Part shown: piece after piece, positions 22,243 through 35,138 of the stretch
How positions within the stretch are numbered: position 1 is the stretch's first letter
Layout of the letters: the number at the start of each line of letters is the position of its first letter
From: an uncultured Gemmatimonadales bacterium
Lineage (GTDB): Bacteria > Gemmatimonadota > Gemmatimonadetes > Gemmatimonadales > Gemmatimonadaceae
Length of the DNA: 64,000 nt
NCBI GenBank assembly: GCA_963707505.1
Contig: CAVPQB010000003.1
Location: 160,001 to 224,000, forward strand
Direction of reading: 5' to 3'
Notes under the pieces: generated by a model
The model's input: the letters and a program-made list of their open reading frames with translations, nothing else
Databases searched by the model: none
Told to the model about the DNA's origin: nothing
Program-made: the position numbers and the translations under genes

Positions 22243-24771
22243 TTGCGAGAGAGTAGTCTAGGCCTGACGGGCGTACTCGCCGATCGTTATGAGATCCAGC
22301 GCGAGATTGGCCGCGGTGGCATGGCCACGGTTTACCTCGCGCACGACCTGCGGCATGATTCCACTGTCGCGATCAAGGTGCTGCACCTGGAGCTCGCGGC
22401 ATTTGTGGGCCACGCGCGTTTCGATCGCGAAATCCAGATCACCGCCCGGCTGCAGCATCCGAACATCCTCGCCATATTCGACTCCGGCCGTGCTGGCGAC
22501 TTGCCCTTCTACGTCACACCGTACATCGAAGGGGAGTCACTGGCCGAGAGGCTGGCTCGCGAAAAGCAGCTCCCCCTGGATGACGCGCTGGGTATGGCGT
22601 GCGAGATTGCAGATGCGCTCGCCTATGCACATGCGCGCGGAATCGTCCATCGAGATATCAAGCCCGCGAACATCCTTCTCACGCACGGGCATGCAGTCGT
22701 CGCCGATTTCGGAATTGCTCATATCGCGGAGTCGAATCGTGACGGCAAGCTTACCGACAGCGGCTTCGCGGTCGGCACCGTTGCATACATGAGTCCCGAA
22801 CAAGCATCCGGCGGCGCCGTCGACGGACGCAGCGACATCTACGGTCTGGGCTGTGTTCTGTACGAGATGCTCGCTGGCCAGCCACCGTTCAGCGGCGCAA
22901 ATCCACAGGCGGTGATTGCAAGACACATGGTCGACCCTCCTCCACCGCTACGAGGTGTGCGCCCCTCTGTGAGCCCCGCGCTGGAGGCGGTCGTGTACAA
23001 GGCTATCGCCAAGGCGCCGGCCGATCGCTTCACCAACGCCGCTGAATTCAGAGATGCGCTCAAGCGGATGACCGCCCCGGCACCGGATGGTTCGGTAACT
23101 GGACGACACGCCGCGTGGTGGCGCAGCCGCCGATTGTGGCTCGGCGGTGGTGTTGGCCTTGTCGCCATACTCATCATGTTACTTGCACTGAACGGCCGGT
23201 GGATTCTATCCCGCCACGGAAGGACAGCTGATTCGTCGGGTCCACCCAATCTGGCGGACATCGCGGTGCTGTACTTCGACGACAACAGCCCCAGGCACGA
23301 CATGGGCTATCTCGCAAGCGGGCTCACCGATGAGTTGATCCGCGAGCTCAGCGCCGTACCTGCATTGCATGTCATCTCGCGCGATGGCGTGCTCCCCTTC
23401 CGCGATCATCCAGTCGGACTCGACAGCCTCGTATCTGCACTACACGTGGGAACAGTGCTCACCGGTAGCGTACAGAAATCTGGTGCCCACGTTCGCATCA
23501 ATGCGGAGCTGATCGATGCCATGACTGGAGACCATCTCGACAGTCGGACGATCGAGCACCCAATCGCAGATCTGTTCGCACTCGAGGATGATGTTTCGCA
23601 ACAGGTTGTGACCATGCTCCGGACCCGGCTCGGGCGGCAACTTCGCGTGCAACAGACTCAGGAAGGTACGTCGAGTGTGCCGGCACGTGAGCTTCTGTTG
23701 CGCGCAGCCGAAGCGCGCGATGCAGCCGCAACGATTGCAACGGACAGTCATGCGGGCAACACACAGGACGCAATCGGTTTTCTCCAGCGGGCCGATTCGC
23801 TTCTCGCACAGGCAGAAACGGCGGATCCGCAGTGGATTCAACCCGTAATCGCGCGTGGCTGGCTGGCGTGGAGCATCGCCAGGCTACTGCCGGAATCTGC
23901 AGGCGCACGGCAGCTCGCGTTGGCACGCGATTACGCCCATGATGCGGTTCGTCGGGCACCACGTGATGCGGAGGCTTTGGAGCTACAGGGCACTGTCTAC
24001 TGGGAACTTGCGAAGGCAGCGAGGGGCTCGGGCGCCGCACCGTACGTGATCTCCGCAGAACGGGACCTCCGATCCGCTGTCGGCATCCAGCCCACGCTCG
24101 CACGGAGTTGGGGCACACTGAGCGCGGTGTTGCGCTTCAAGGGCGACGCCGCAGAAGCGAATGTCGCCGCGCGACGCGCGCTTGAGGAGGATGCGTTCCT
24201 GCAGGATGCACCGTCGATTCTCGAAGCGCTCTACACGAGCGAACAACTACTCGGCGATTACGCATCTGCGCGGGAATCCTGCGATAACGGGCACCGCAGG
24301 TACCCAGCGGACTGGCGTTTCGTTCAGTGCAGGCTCACGCTAATGTCAGTCGATACAACTGCCGCCAATCCCAGGGAGGCATGGGCCCTCGTTGCCAAGC
24401 TGGACGCGATGGACCCCCCGGCGCAAGCGGCTGCGACCCGCGATCCGTACAATCCGATCTACTGGCGGATGGTCGCCGCACTCGTCTCCGCGCGAGCCGG
24501 ACAGCGCGATACCGCGCGCGCCGTTATCGCATGGGCGACACGCAAAGTCGGCAATGATCCGGCACTGCGGCTCGACCTGAACTATGACGAAGCGTGCGTT
24601 AGACTTGCACTCGGCCAACCTGACGTGGCGTTGCGCTTGCTGACCGAGTACACGAAGGCACGCCCGACTCTCAAATCATACATCGGTCGTGATCCCCATT
24701 TCGCCGCGTTGCGGAACAACCCTACGTTCGCGCCAAAGTTCACAGCGATGATTCAAACTCCAACAAGGTAA
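22243..24771 (+). CDS. Hanks-type Ser/Thr protein kinase with TM, TolB-N/FlgO-like and TPR-like C-region
   Basis: GRGGMATV, VAIK, HRDIKPAN, DFG, YMSPE; TM after the kinase domain; IAVLYF...GLTDELI...VISR; GGAGAGG RBS before TTG. Confidence 0.92.
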   Translation: MRESSLGLTGVLADRYEIQREIGRGGMATVYLAHDLRHDSTVAIKVLHLELAAFVGHARFDREIQITARLQHPNILAIFDSGRAGDLPFYVTPYIEGESLAERLAREKQLPLDDALGMACEIADALAYAHARGIVHRDIKPANILLTHGHAVVADFGIAHIAESNRDGKLTDSGFAVGTVAYMSPEQASGGAVDGRSDIYGLGCVLYEMLAGQPPFSGANPQAVIARHMVDPPPPLRGVRPSVSPALEAVVYKAIAKAPADRFTNAAEFRDALKRMTAPAPDGSVTGRHAAWWRSRRLWLGGGVGLVAILIMLLALNGRWILSRHGRTADSSGPPNLADIAVLYFDDNSPRHDMGYLASGLTDELIRELSAVPALHVISRDGVLPFRDHPVGLDSLVSALHVGTVLTGSVQKSGAHVRINAELIDAMTGDHLDSRTIEHPIADLFALEDDVSQQVVTMLRTRLGRQLRVQQTQEGTSSVPARELLLRAAEARDAAATIATDSHAGNTQDAIGFLQRADSLLAQAETADPQWIQPVIARGWLAWSIARLLPESAGARQLALARDYAHDAVRRAPRDAEALELQGTVYWELAKAARGSGAAPYVISAERDLRSAVGIQPTLARSWGTLSAVLRFKGDAAEANVAARRALEEDAFLQDAPSILEALYTSEQLLGDYASARESCDNGHRRYPADWRFVQCRLTLMSVDTTAANPREAWALVAKLDAMDPPAQAAATRDPYNPIYWRMVAALVSARAGQRDTARAVIAWATRKVGNDPALRLDLNYDEACVRLALGQPDVALRLLTEYTKARPTLKSYIGRDPHFAALRNNPTFAPKFTAMIQTPTR

Positions 24772-25240
24772 GAGCCTCGAGAGCACCACTACGCCGGATA
24801 CTCGTAAGCATGCGGCTTGTCGAGTCGGGCATGTGCAACATTGCCGCCACGCTGGTGTGATTGAAGGCTTTTCGCATTCGGACGGCCTCACTCACTGTCG
24901 CCATACGCGTATAGTAGGGCAACACGAATTTCTCGACCGCCGCCTCACTCCAGAATGCCGCATCGAACCGCACCGCGATGTCCGGCACGGGCTTTCCATC
25001 CGACGTGACCAGTGCAGGCTCGAGCGTGATCGAACGCAGTCGCGTTCGTTGCGGAACAGAATTGTTGGTCATGCACTCGAAGACAACTTCATCAGCATGG
25101 GGACGGTCCTGCGTGACCACAGGCCCGTCTGTTCCCCAGACCACATACGCCGGAACGTCGCGGACTCCGTCCACGGCCTCGGCGAGCCGGCGCAGGTCGC
25201 CGGCCGTCATTCGTCGCGCTTCCACATGCACATCCTCCAC
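24740..25240 (-). CDS. Hypothetical protein (~160 aa)
   Basis: Globular-looking ORF (LRRLAEAVDG, DAAFWSEAAVEKFVLPYY); a GGAGG precedes an alternative GTG at 25225. Confidence 0.7.
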   Translation of the reverse strand: MEDVHVEARRMTAGDLRRLAEAVDGVRDVPAYVVWGTDGPVVTQDRPHADEVVFECMTNNSVPQRTRLRSITLEPALVTSDGKPVPDIAVRFDAAFWSEAAVEKFVLPYYTRMATVSEAVRMRKAFNHTSVAAMLHMPDSTSRMLTSIRRSGALEALTLLEFESSL

Positions 25241-25365
25241 TTAGAGATGGATGCATCGGGCACTGCGGATGCTGAATGCTACCCGTCCCCACGCCGAGCC
25301 GCCAGTACGCGGCGTCGAGCATTTACGCCAGGTGATCAGCCGTTTGCCGCCCTGTCGCGGCGAGC

Positions 25366-25656
25366 TTACGGCTTTACGGTCGCTGAATCCTGAATGAAAC
25401 GGTAAAGAATCTCGTTCCCCCGAATCATCCCGAACTCTTCCCGCGCGATCCGCTCCTGCGTCGCCGGATCGGTGCGAACCATCTTTTCCGCCTGCGTCAA
25501 CGAATCGACCATGTGCTGGAGCGAATCGCCGCGTGCCGCGAGCTCCGAGATGCGGCGATGCTGGCGCACGATATCGAGTGTGCTGTACTCCCCCGCCTGC
25601 AGAGCGAACACGAGCGCGCCCACGATGAGCGCACCCCAGATCAGCCGTCCACGCAT
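25366..25656 (-). CDS. ftsB: Septum formation initiator (FtsB/DivIC family)
   Basis: N-terminal TM, coiled coil, ERIAREEFGMIRGNE; directly after eno. Confidence 0.88.
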   Translation of the reverse strand: MRGRLIWGALIVGALVFALQAGEYSTLDIVRQHRRISELAARGDSLQHMVDSLTQAEKMVRTDPATQERIAREEFGMIRGNEILYRFIQDSATVKP

Positions 25657-25668
25657 CAGTGGTAACGC

Positions 25669-27687
<2,019 letters not shown>

Positions 27688-27688
<1 letters not shown>

Positions 27689-28638
27689 CACGCGACCCGG
27701 AAGTGATCGTAGCCGCGCGGCTCGATTTCCAGCCGCTTGCCCTGCGACGTTACAACGACTCCGGGCTCGCCATCGGAAACGCTCCCGATCGCAGTCAACG
27801 ACACACCGAACCTCTTTCTGAATGCGTCGCAATCGAGCGGAATCGCCGACGTGAGCAACAGCTCGTACTCCTCGCCGCTCTGCACTGCAGCAACAGGGTC
27901 GACACCTTCGATTACCGGAACGCGATCGAGATCCAGCGTCATGTGCACGTTGCTCGCGGCGGCGACGTGCGCCGCGTCGGCCAGTAGTCCATCGGAGATG
28001 TCGATCGCGGCACGCGCACCACGTCCCGCTGCCCAGAGTGCTTCGCGCAATCGAGCATGAGGGTTGACGAACCGATCACGCCACGTCGCAAGCACCGGCG
28101 CTCCATCGATCAACGCGCGCACTGCGGCAGCGGGACCGCCGAACACGCCAGTTACATACACGTGATGCCCGGCACGTGCGGCGTCGCGCCGCAATGGGTC
28201 GCGCGTGTTTCCGAACGCTGTGATTGTAAGTGACAGTACCGCGCTCCGCGCAGTATCTCCGCCAAAGATCCGGACGCCGGCGGCAACAGCTGCGCGCGCA
28301 ATCCCGTCGCCGAGCGCATCGAGGTTATCTCGCGATTCCGGCGGCGTTGCAAGCGCGACGAGAATTCCCATGCCGCTCGCCCCCATGGCCGCAAGATCAC
28401 TGAGCGCGGCAGTCGTAGCACGATAGCCGATCTCTTCCAGCGTCAACCAATCTCGACGAAAGTGAACGTTGTCCACGGCAGTATCGGTGCTCATCGCGAG
28501 CATGTTGTCGCGCGGGACGTGAATCAGTGCGGAGTCATCGCCAATGCCCACCGCCAGCGAACCGAATCGGCGAATCAGCCGCCGGATGAATCTGAACTCC
28601 TCTCCCGGCCCAAACGCAATCTCGCCCCCGTGCGTCAC
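27688..28638 (-). CDS. thiL: Thiamine-monophosphate kinase
   Basis: GIGDDSA, LSDLAAMG, GGDT, IDISDGL, GEEYELL; GTGA overlap with nnr. Confidence 0.94.
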
Positions 28639-30128
28639 GAAAGCCCGGGCAGCGACGCAAGAATCGGATACTGCGACGGTGCGCTGTCGACCGGCCACGC
28701 CTGCGGTAAACGGTCCAGCACGTCCGTCAGACGATAGCCCCGCACCCCCGGCGTGAGCTCTGCGGCACGCCCGTGCACCCAGGCAGCGCACGCAGCCGCA
28801 ACTCCCGGCACGCATCCCTGAGCAAGCAACGTCGCGACGATACCGCCGAGCGCGTCGCCGCTGCCTCCGGTGGCGAGCGCCGCCGTACCGGACGCGATCA
28901 CGTACCGCGTACCGTCCGGACTGGACACGACGGTTGGCGTTCCCTTGAGTAGGACAGTCGCATCAATTTTTCTTGATACGCCCAGCCCGATCTCGAAGCG
29001 ATTGTCTGTCACGTACTTGACATCGCGGCCTGTAAGACGCGATAGCTCGCCGGGATGCGGCGTGATGATCGCCGGTCGTCCGCTCAACACTTCGCGCAGC
29101 GCATTCAGGTCGTCGGCATATGCACTAAGCGCGCCGGCATCGACCACAATCGGGCCACGCCAGTCCCTCATGAGTCCACGGATCAGGTCGCGCGTGGCGT
29201 CGTCAGTGCCGAGTCCCGGACCGATGAGCACGGCATCGGCCCAGTGCTGAATGGTCGACGACGCCTTCGCGAGCGGCGCGACGAGCGCTTCAGGAATACG
29301 AGTATGCATCGGGGCGACGTTGCCGGCGGCCGTACTCACCTGAACCAATCCGGCACCGCTTCTTAGCGCACCGGTCGCTGCCATGATCGCCGCACCGCCC
29401 ATGTTGTCGCCACCTGCAACAACGGCGACGCTCTTGCGCGTTCCCTTGTGCGCGTCGGGCGCAATGCGCGGAACGTTGTCGTGCACAAAGGCAGCGTCGA
29501 TGAGCACCGGAAGATTGGCTGGCAACGCACCAAGGCCGATGTCGACGACTACGATCTCGCCGCACGCCGCGCGAGAGATGAGACTCCCGCGCTTGCAACT
29601 GCCGAAGCTGATCGTGAGGTCAGCTACCACACTATCCTTCTCCGCACCGTGCGTCGCATTGACACCTGTCGGCAGGTCCAGCGCGATCACCGTGGCGCCG
29701 TCATGCCTGGCGCGTGCTATGTCGCGCGCGGCGTTCAAAATCACGCCGCGAAGTTCGCCGGTGCTGCCGGTGCCGAGCATCGCGTCGACCACGACGCCGG
29801 ATACGAGGGGATCAGTACTGACGAGCCCGCTCACCTGCGCGCGTTCGGCTATCGCGTCCGCCGTGCGAGCCTGCACGATCTCGCGAACCCTTACCTTCAC
29901 GCCGGCGGCGGCGAGTGCCGATGCCAGGGCCCAGCCGTCGCCGCCGTTGTTGCCGGGACCCGTGACTACCGTCGCACCTCGTCGCAGCTGATCCGGGTAT
30001 TTGGCGCAGATTACCGATGCTGCATTGAACGCAGCCGCGCGCATCAGTGCACGCGACGGAACCCCTCCCGCTATCGCAGCCGCATCCAGAGCGGCTGATT
30101 CTTCACCATCTACGACGCGAACCGGCAT
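28635..30128 (-). CDS. nnr: Bifunctional NAD(P)HX epimerase/dehydratase
   Basis: GPGNNGGDG, DAMLGTG, DLPTG, HKG, TPHPGEL, ATGGSGD. Confidence 0.94.
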   Translation of the reverse strand: MPVRVVDGEESAALDAAAIAGGVPSRALMRAAAFNAASVICAKYPDQLRRGATVVTGPGNNGGDGWALASALAAAGVKVRVREIVQARTADAIAERAQVSGLVSTDPLVSGVVVDAMLGTGSTGELRGVILNAARDIARARHDGATVIALDLPTGVNATHGAEKDSVVADLTISFGSCKRGSLISRAACGEIVVVDIGLGALPANLPVLIDAAFVHDNVPRIAPDAHKGTRKSVAVVAGGDNMGGAAIMAATGALRSGAGLVQVSTAAGNVAPMHTRIPEALVAPLAKASSTIQHWADAVLIGPGLGTDDATRDLIRGLMRDWRGPIVVDAGALSAYADDLNALREVLSGRPAIITPHPGELSRLTGRDVKYVTDNRFEIGLGVSRKIDATVLLKGTPTVVSSPDGTRYVIASGTAALATGGSGDALGGIVATLLAQGCVPGVAAACAAWVHGRAAELTPGVRGYRLTDVLDRLPQAWPVDSAPSQYPILASLPGLS

Positions 30129-30146
30129 TGATTCGTCGGACGCGGG

Positions 30147-30533
30147 TCAGACGAGCGCCTTGCCGTTCCACGGATAGCGACGCTCGAACGCCTCGACAAA
30201 ATCGTACACGTCGCTGAACTGGTCGCGCGTATCGGTGGGCTGACTCGCGAGAAACCCCAGATCCACCAACGTGAATACGACTGATCCAATGTCGTCTGTA
30301 GAGGCGATACCCCATCGCTCGAGCACCACACGCGCCATGATCCCATACCGGTCGATCGCGAGATCGCGGCATGCAATGGCGAGCTCCCTTCCGGTAATGT
30401 GACGCCGTACCTGCAGCTGCGCCTGAGAATATTCCAGCGCGGCGAGAACGAACAGATATGCACCTTCCTCATACCTCGATTCGCGTTGCCGAATCTGCTC
30501 CATCACGCCATCGCGAAACGCGAGATCCGCCAT
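30147..30533 (-). CDS. Minf_1886-family conserved protein
   Basis: RYEEGAYLFV, RHITGREL, YGIMARVVLERWGI, DIGSVVFTLV; TGATG overlap with glyA. Confidence 0.82.
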   Translation of the reverse strand: MADLAFRDGVMEQIRQRESRYEEGAYLFVLAALEYSQAQLQVRRHITGRELAIACRDLAIDRYGIMARVVLERWGIASTDDIGSVVFTLVDLGFLASQPTDTRDQFSDVYDFVEAFERRYPWNGKALV

Positions 30534-31825
30534 CAGGCCTCATCCCGTTCTGCAAAGCTTCCCGGATACAACGGGAAGCGATCCGTGAGCGCGCGGACCT
30601 CTGCGCGAACTTCGCTCGACACCATGGCATCTTCGGGTGCCTTTGCAACGCGATCGATCAGCCCTGCGATCTGTCGCATCTCCGCTTCGCGCATTCCGCG
30701 CGTCGTGACCGCTGGAGTTCCAATGCGGACTCCGCTCGTCACGAATGGCGACTGCGTTTCCTTCGGAACGGTGTTCTTGTTGACGGTGATTGCGGCGCGA
30801 TCCAGCGCCTGCTCCAGCACCTTGCCCGTCAATCCGCGATTGCGCAGATCGACCAACATGAGATGCGTGTCGGTGCCACCCGACACGATGTCCATGCCGC
30901 GATCCGCGAGCGCACCGGCGAGTGTCTGCGCATTTGCAATGATCTGCGCGCAGTACGTCCTGAACGACGGCTCCAGAGCTTCCTTGAGTGCAATCGCCTT
31001 CGCCGCTATGACGTGCTCGAGCGGGCCACCCTGCGTCCCGGGAAACATCGCCTTGTCGATCGCCTTCGCGTGCTCTGCCTTGCACAGAATGAGACCTCCG
31101 CGTGGACCGCGCAGCGTCTTGTGCGTCGTGGTGGTGACGGCGTCTGCGTATGGAACCGGTGACGGATGCAGTCCCGTTGCAACAAGTCCGGCGATGTGCG
31201 CCATGTCGACGAACAGCTTTGCACCGACCTCCTGCGCGATTTCAGCGAATGCGGCGAAATCGATTGTACGTGCGTACGCGCTTGCGCCCGCGATGATCAT
31301 CTTCGGACGGCGCTCGCGCGCAATGGAGCGGAGCATGTCGTAGTCGATGTAACCAGCGTCGTTCACACCGTAGTGAATCGCGTCGTACAACAGACCCGAG
31401 AAATTGACCGGCGATCCGTGCGTGAGATGCCCGCCCTGCGACAGATCCAGACCAAGCACCAGATCGCCCGGCTTGAGGAAGGCGAGATACACGGCTGCGT
31501 TCGCCTGTGCACCCGAGTGAGGCTGCACGTTCGCGTGCTCGGCGCCGAACAGCTCCTTCGCGCGGTCGATCGCAATCTGCTCGACACGATCCACCACTTC
31601 GCAGCCACCATAGTAGCGCTTGCCGGGAAGCCCTTCGGCGTACTTGTTGGTGAGCGGAGTTCCCATCGCCTGAAGGACGGCGAGCGAGACGAAGTTCTCG
31701 CTCGCAATGAGCTCGAGACCGTGGCGCTGGCGCTCGGTCTCTTCGATGATCAGACGTGCGATATCCGGATCAAAATCCCAGACCGCACTCAGCTCGCCGG
31801 TTGCCGGCATGGTGGACACGCTCAT
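30533..31825 (-). CDS. glyA: Serine hydroxymethyltransferase
   Basis: [31 protein letters not shown]. Confidence 0.98.
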   Translation of the reverse strand: MSVSTMPATGELSAVWDFDPDIARLIIEETERQRHGLELIASENFVSLAVLQAMGTPLTNKYAEGLPGKRYYGGCEVVDRVEQIAIDRAKELFGAEHANVQPHSGAQANAAVYLAFLKPGDLVLGLDLSQGGHLTHGSPVNFSGLLYDAIHYGVNDAGYIDYDMLRSIARERRPKMIIAGASAYARTIDFAAFAEIAQEVGAKLFVDMAHIAGLVATGLHPSPVPYADAVTTTTHKTLRGPRGGLILCKAEHAKAIDKAMFPGTQGGPLEHVIAAKAIALKEALEPSFRTYCAQIIANAQTLAGALADRGMDIVSGGTDTHLMLVDLRNRGLTGKVLEQALDRAAITVNKNTVPKETQSPFVTSGVRIGTPAVTTRGMREAEMRQIAGLIDRVAKAPEDAMVSSEVRAEVRALTDRFPLYPGSFAERDEA

Positions 31826-31937
31826 CTCAACTACGACCTCTGGAAAACGGACGGAACAGCTCGCCGCGCCAGCGTGGACCGGGTGATCCACACTGGCGGA
31901 CGAGAATTATCGAGCTACACCGCTCTACGTTGCGACC

Positions 31938-33011
31938 TCACGACTTGCGCGGCCACTGGGGCCACGTGCGCATCATTGAATTTACAGCCTGTAGCCGCCG
32001 CTCGGCGAGCCTGTCGGCCGCGCGATACGTCGGAATCCCATCCGTACGGGCGATCTCGAAGACGCCGAGCGTGGTGTCATAGATCTCGTCGGCCTTGCGG
32101 AAGGAGCGCTTTGCGTCCCAACCAGCCAGCTCGCTATACACGTTGATCACGCCGCCAGCGTTCGCAACGTAATCGGGTGCGTACAGAATGCCACGCTCCT
32201 GCAGCATGTCGCCGTGACGCTCTTCCAGCAGCTGGTTGTTGGCTGCTCCGGAGACGATCTCGACCTTGAGCTTGGGAATGGTCGCATCGTTGATGATCCC
32301 ACCCAGCGCACACGGTGCGAAGATATCGGCCTCGACCGAATAAATCGCATCGCCTTCGACTGCGGTGGCGTTGGTTTCAGCCAATACCCATGCCACACGA
32401 TCCGGATCGATGTCTGAGACGATTACTTTCGCCCCCGCCTTGTCCAGCGCCTTCGCGAGGTGACGGCCGACGTTGCCGCAGCCCTGAATGCTGACCGTCT
32501 TCCCTTCGAGATCGTCCGAATCCCAGCGGTACATCGCGGACGCCTGAATCGCGCGAAATACGCCGTGCGCTGTAACGGGCGATGGATCACCCGACTTGCC
32601 AGCAAGGCCCGCGACGTAGTCCGTCTCCATGTGGACGAAGTCCATGTCGGACGTGCTGGTGCCGACGTCTTCGGCGGTCACGTAACGGCCGCCGAGACTC
32701 TCGACGAACCGGCCGTGCGCACGGAAGATCATCTCACGTCGCGACGTGCGATTGTCACCGATGATGACGGACTTGCCGCCACCCAGGTTGAGGCCGGCGA
32801 CTGCGTTCTTGTAGGTCATGCCGCGCGCGAGGCGCAGCGCGTCGGTTATCGCCTCCTCGTCACTCGCGTAGCTCCAGAAGCGAGTGCCACCGAGTGCGGG
32901 GCCCAGCGTCGTGTTGTGAATCGCGATGATGCCGCGATATCCGGATGACGGATCCGAGCACACGACCAACTGCTCGTGGCCCATTTCAGCGATTGTGTCG
33001 AACAGCTTCAT
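31938..33011 (-). CDS. Leu/Val/Phe dehydrogenase
   Basis: LGPALGGTR, GMTYKNA, GGGK, TAEDVG, GCGNVG, APDYVANAGG. Confidence 0.94.
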   Translation of the reverse strand: MKLFDTIAEMGHEQLVVCSDPSSGYRGIIAIHNTTLGPALGGTRFWSYASDEEAITDALRLARGMTYKNAVAGLNLGGGKSVIIGDNRTSRREMIFRAHGRFVESLGGRYVTAEDVGTSTSDMDFVHMETDYVAGLAGKSGDPSPVTAHGVFRAIQASAMYRWDSDDLEGKTVSIQGCGNVGRHLAKALDKAGAKVIVSDIDPDRVAWVLAETNATAVEGDAIYSVEADIFAPCALGGIINDATIPKLKVEIVSGAANNQLLEERHGDMLQERGILYAPDYVANAGGVINVYSELAGWDAKRSFRKADEIYDTTLGVFEIARTDGIPTYRAADRLAERRLQAVNSMMRTWPQWPRKS

Positions 33012-34165
33012 GCGTAAAGCTCCCGTGCTATGACGATGCGTTGAATTTCCGACGTGCCTTCGTAGATCTCCGTGACCTTCGCGTCGCGGAACAGCTTTTC
33101 CACCGGATAGTCCTTGACGTAACCATAACCGCCAAAAACCTGAATCGCCTCGGTGGTGACCCACATGGCCGTCTCGCTCGCGAAGAGCTTGGCCATTGAC
33201 GCAGCCTGTTTTGCGCTCGATGCATTCGCATCCTTGGCGCGCGCGGCCGCGTAGAGTAGCGCGCGCGCTGCGGAGATGCGCGTCGCCATGTTGGACAGCT
33301 TGAACTGGATTGCCTGAAAGTCCTTGATTGGCTCACCGAACTGGCGGCGCTCGGACGCGTACGCAACTGCGGCTTCGAACGCTGCGCGCGCTATTCCGAG
33401 CGCCTGAGCCGCAATTCCGAGCCGTCCTGCGTTGAGCGAGCGCATCGCGTAAACGTAGCCCATCGACGGATCGCCGAGCAGGTTGGCGCCCGGGACGCGC
33501 AGGCCGTCCAGAACCAGCTGGACGGTCGGCGAGGCGCGGAGACCCATCTTGTCTTCCTTCTTGCCGACGTGAAATCCTGACATGTCCGGCGTCACGATGA
33601 ACGCGCCGATTCCGCGGCCGCCTTTCCGGTTACCGGCCGTATCGGTGCGCGCCTGAACCAGGATCACTCCCGCGTAGGGCCCGCTCGTGACCCACGCCTT
33701 GGTTCCGTTGAGGATCCAGTCGTCGCCGTCGCGAATGGCTTGAGCGGAGAGTGCGGCCGCATCCGAACCCGCTTCCGGCTCCGAAAGCGCGAATGCGCCG
33801 AGCAACTCGCCGCGAGCCATCGGCTTGAGAAATCGCTGCTTCTGCTCCTCACTCCCGAAGCTCGATAGCATCTGCGTGGGGAGCGAGTTGTGAACGCTCA
33901 TCATTACCGCGACCGATGCGTCCGCAGCAGCGATCTCTTCAAGCGCTACAAGATACGTCACCGTATCCAGCGCGAGTCCATCGTATTCTTCGGCGGTCAA
34001 CATGCCGAGGAATCCGAGATCGCCCAACTTCTTGACGAGCGTCGGCTCGAAGTACGAATCGGCGTCCCACTGTTTCGAGTAGGGGACGATCTCCGCTGCG
34101 GCGAAGTCGCGCGCTACGCGCTGTATCTCGCGCTGTTCTTCCGTCAGCGGAAAGAGATCAAGCAT
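33008..34165 (-). CDS. Short-chain acyl-CoA dehydrogenase
   Basis: [39 protein letters not shown]. Confidence 0.95.
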   Translation of the reverse strand: MLDLFPLTEEQREIQRVARDFAAAEIVPYSKQWDADSYFEPTLVKKLGDLGFLGMLTAEEYDGLALDTVTYLVALEEIAAADASVAVMMSVHNSLPTQMLSSFGSEEQKQRFLKPMARGELLGAFALSEPEAGSDAAALSAQAIRDGDDWILNGTKAWVTSGPYAGVILVQARTDTAGNRKGGRGIGAFIVTPDMSGFHVGKKEDKMGLRASPTVQLVLDGLRVPGANLLGDPSMGYVYAMRSLNAGRLGIAAQALGIARAAFEAAVAYASERRQFGEPIKDFQAIQFKLSNMATRISAARALLYAAARAKDANASSAKQAASMAKLFASETAMWVTTEAIQVFGGYGYVKDYPVEKLFRDAKVTEIYEGTSEIQRIVIARELYA

Positions 34166-35007
34166 ACTTGTAGAATCCGCGTCCCGTCTTGCGTCCCAGC
34201 CAGCCGGCCGCGACGTACTTCTTAAGAAGCGGGCATGGACGATACTTCGGATCGCCAAGTCCGTCGTGCATGACCTCCAGGATCGCGACGCATGTATCGA
34301 GGCCGATGAAGTCAGCGAGAGTGAGCGGGCCCATCGGATGATTCATCCCGAGCTGCATCACCGTATCGATCGCTTCCGGCGTTCCCACGCCCTCCATCAC
34401 GCAATACACCGCCTCGTTGATCATTGGCATGAGAATGCGATTCGCGACGAAGCCGGGATAATCGCTCACCTCGACGGGCGTCTTGCCGAGCGCGCTGGCG
34501 AGTGAAACGACCTTCGCAGTGGTCTCGTTCGACGTCGCGAGACCGCGAATGATCTCGACCAGCTTCATCACCGGTACCGGATTCATGAAGTGCATCCCGA
34601 CAACCTTTTCGGGACGCGCAGTCTTCGCGGCAATCTCGGTTATCGATATGGAGCTGGTGTTCGTCGCCAGAATTGCGTCCGGCTTCGCGAGCTTGTCGAG
34701 ATCGGTGAAGATCCTGTACTTGAGCGCGACGTTCTCGGTTGCCGCCTCGACGATCAGCGACGCGTCACTCGCAGCCGCGAGATCGGTCGCGAGCGCGACA
34801 TTGGACAACGTCGCGTCCTTCGCTGCCTGATCGATTGTTCCCTTCTTCAGCTGGCGGTCGAGATTCTTCTCGATCGTAGCCCGGCCGCGATCGAGCGCGG
34901 CCTGCGCGACGTCGATCATGGTCACACGGAACGACGCCGCGCGCGAATACGTGCGCGATCCCGTTGCCCATCTGCCCAGCGCCGATGACGGCGATCTTTT
35001 CACCCAT
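34158..35007 (-). CDS. hbd: 3-hydroxybutyryl-CoA dehydrogenase (one +1 frameshift near 34940, likely sequence error)
   Basis: [10 protein letters not shown] in one frame; EAATEN, NTSSIS, GMHFMNP, PMGPL...DFIGLD in the other. Confidence 0.93.
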
Positions 35008-35037
35008 TTACATGATCCTCTTGCAGTTCATTTCATT

Positions 35038-35133
35038 CGTCATCCCGCGAACGCGGGAATCCATTCGCAATCGTCATCCCCGCGAACGCGGGAATCCATT
35101 CGCAATCGTCATCCCCGCGAACGCGGGGATCCA
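35038..35133. repeat. Tandem array of 3 CGTC-type REP palindromes
   Basis: CGTCAT(C)CCCGCGAACGCGGGRATCCA x3 separated by identical TTCGCAAT. Confidence 0.92.
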
Positions 35134-35138
35134 AGTTG

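Noticed and set aside
22013..25365. Intact integrative element or prophage at tRNA-Met
   Set aside because: No integrase or phage genes and no duplicate of the tRNA 3' end seen before ftsB
31826..31937. ZTP or glycine riboswitch before glyA
   Set aside because: Consensus elements (ACUGRCG...GCCUGGGC; GGAGA...CCGAAG) are not visible on the coding strand
35038..35133. CRISPR array
   Set aside because: Spacers are 8 nt and identical, units are REP palindromes found elsewhere, and no cas genes are present
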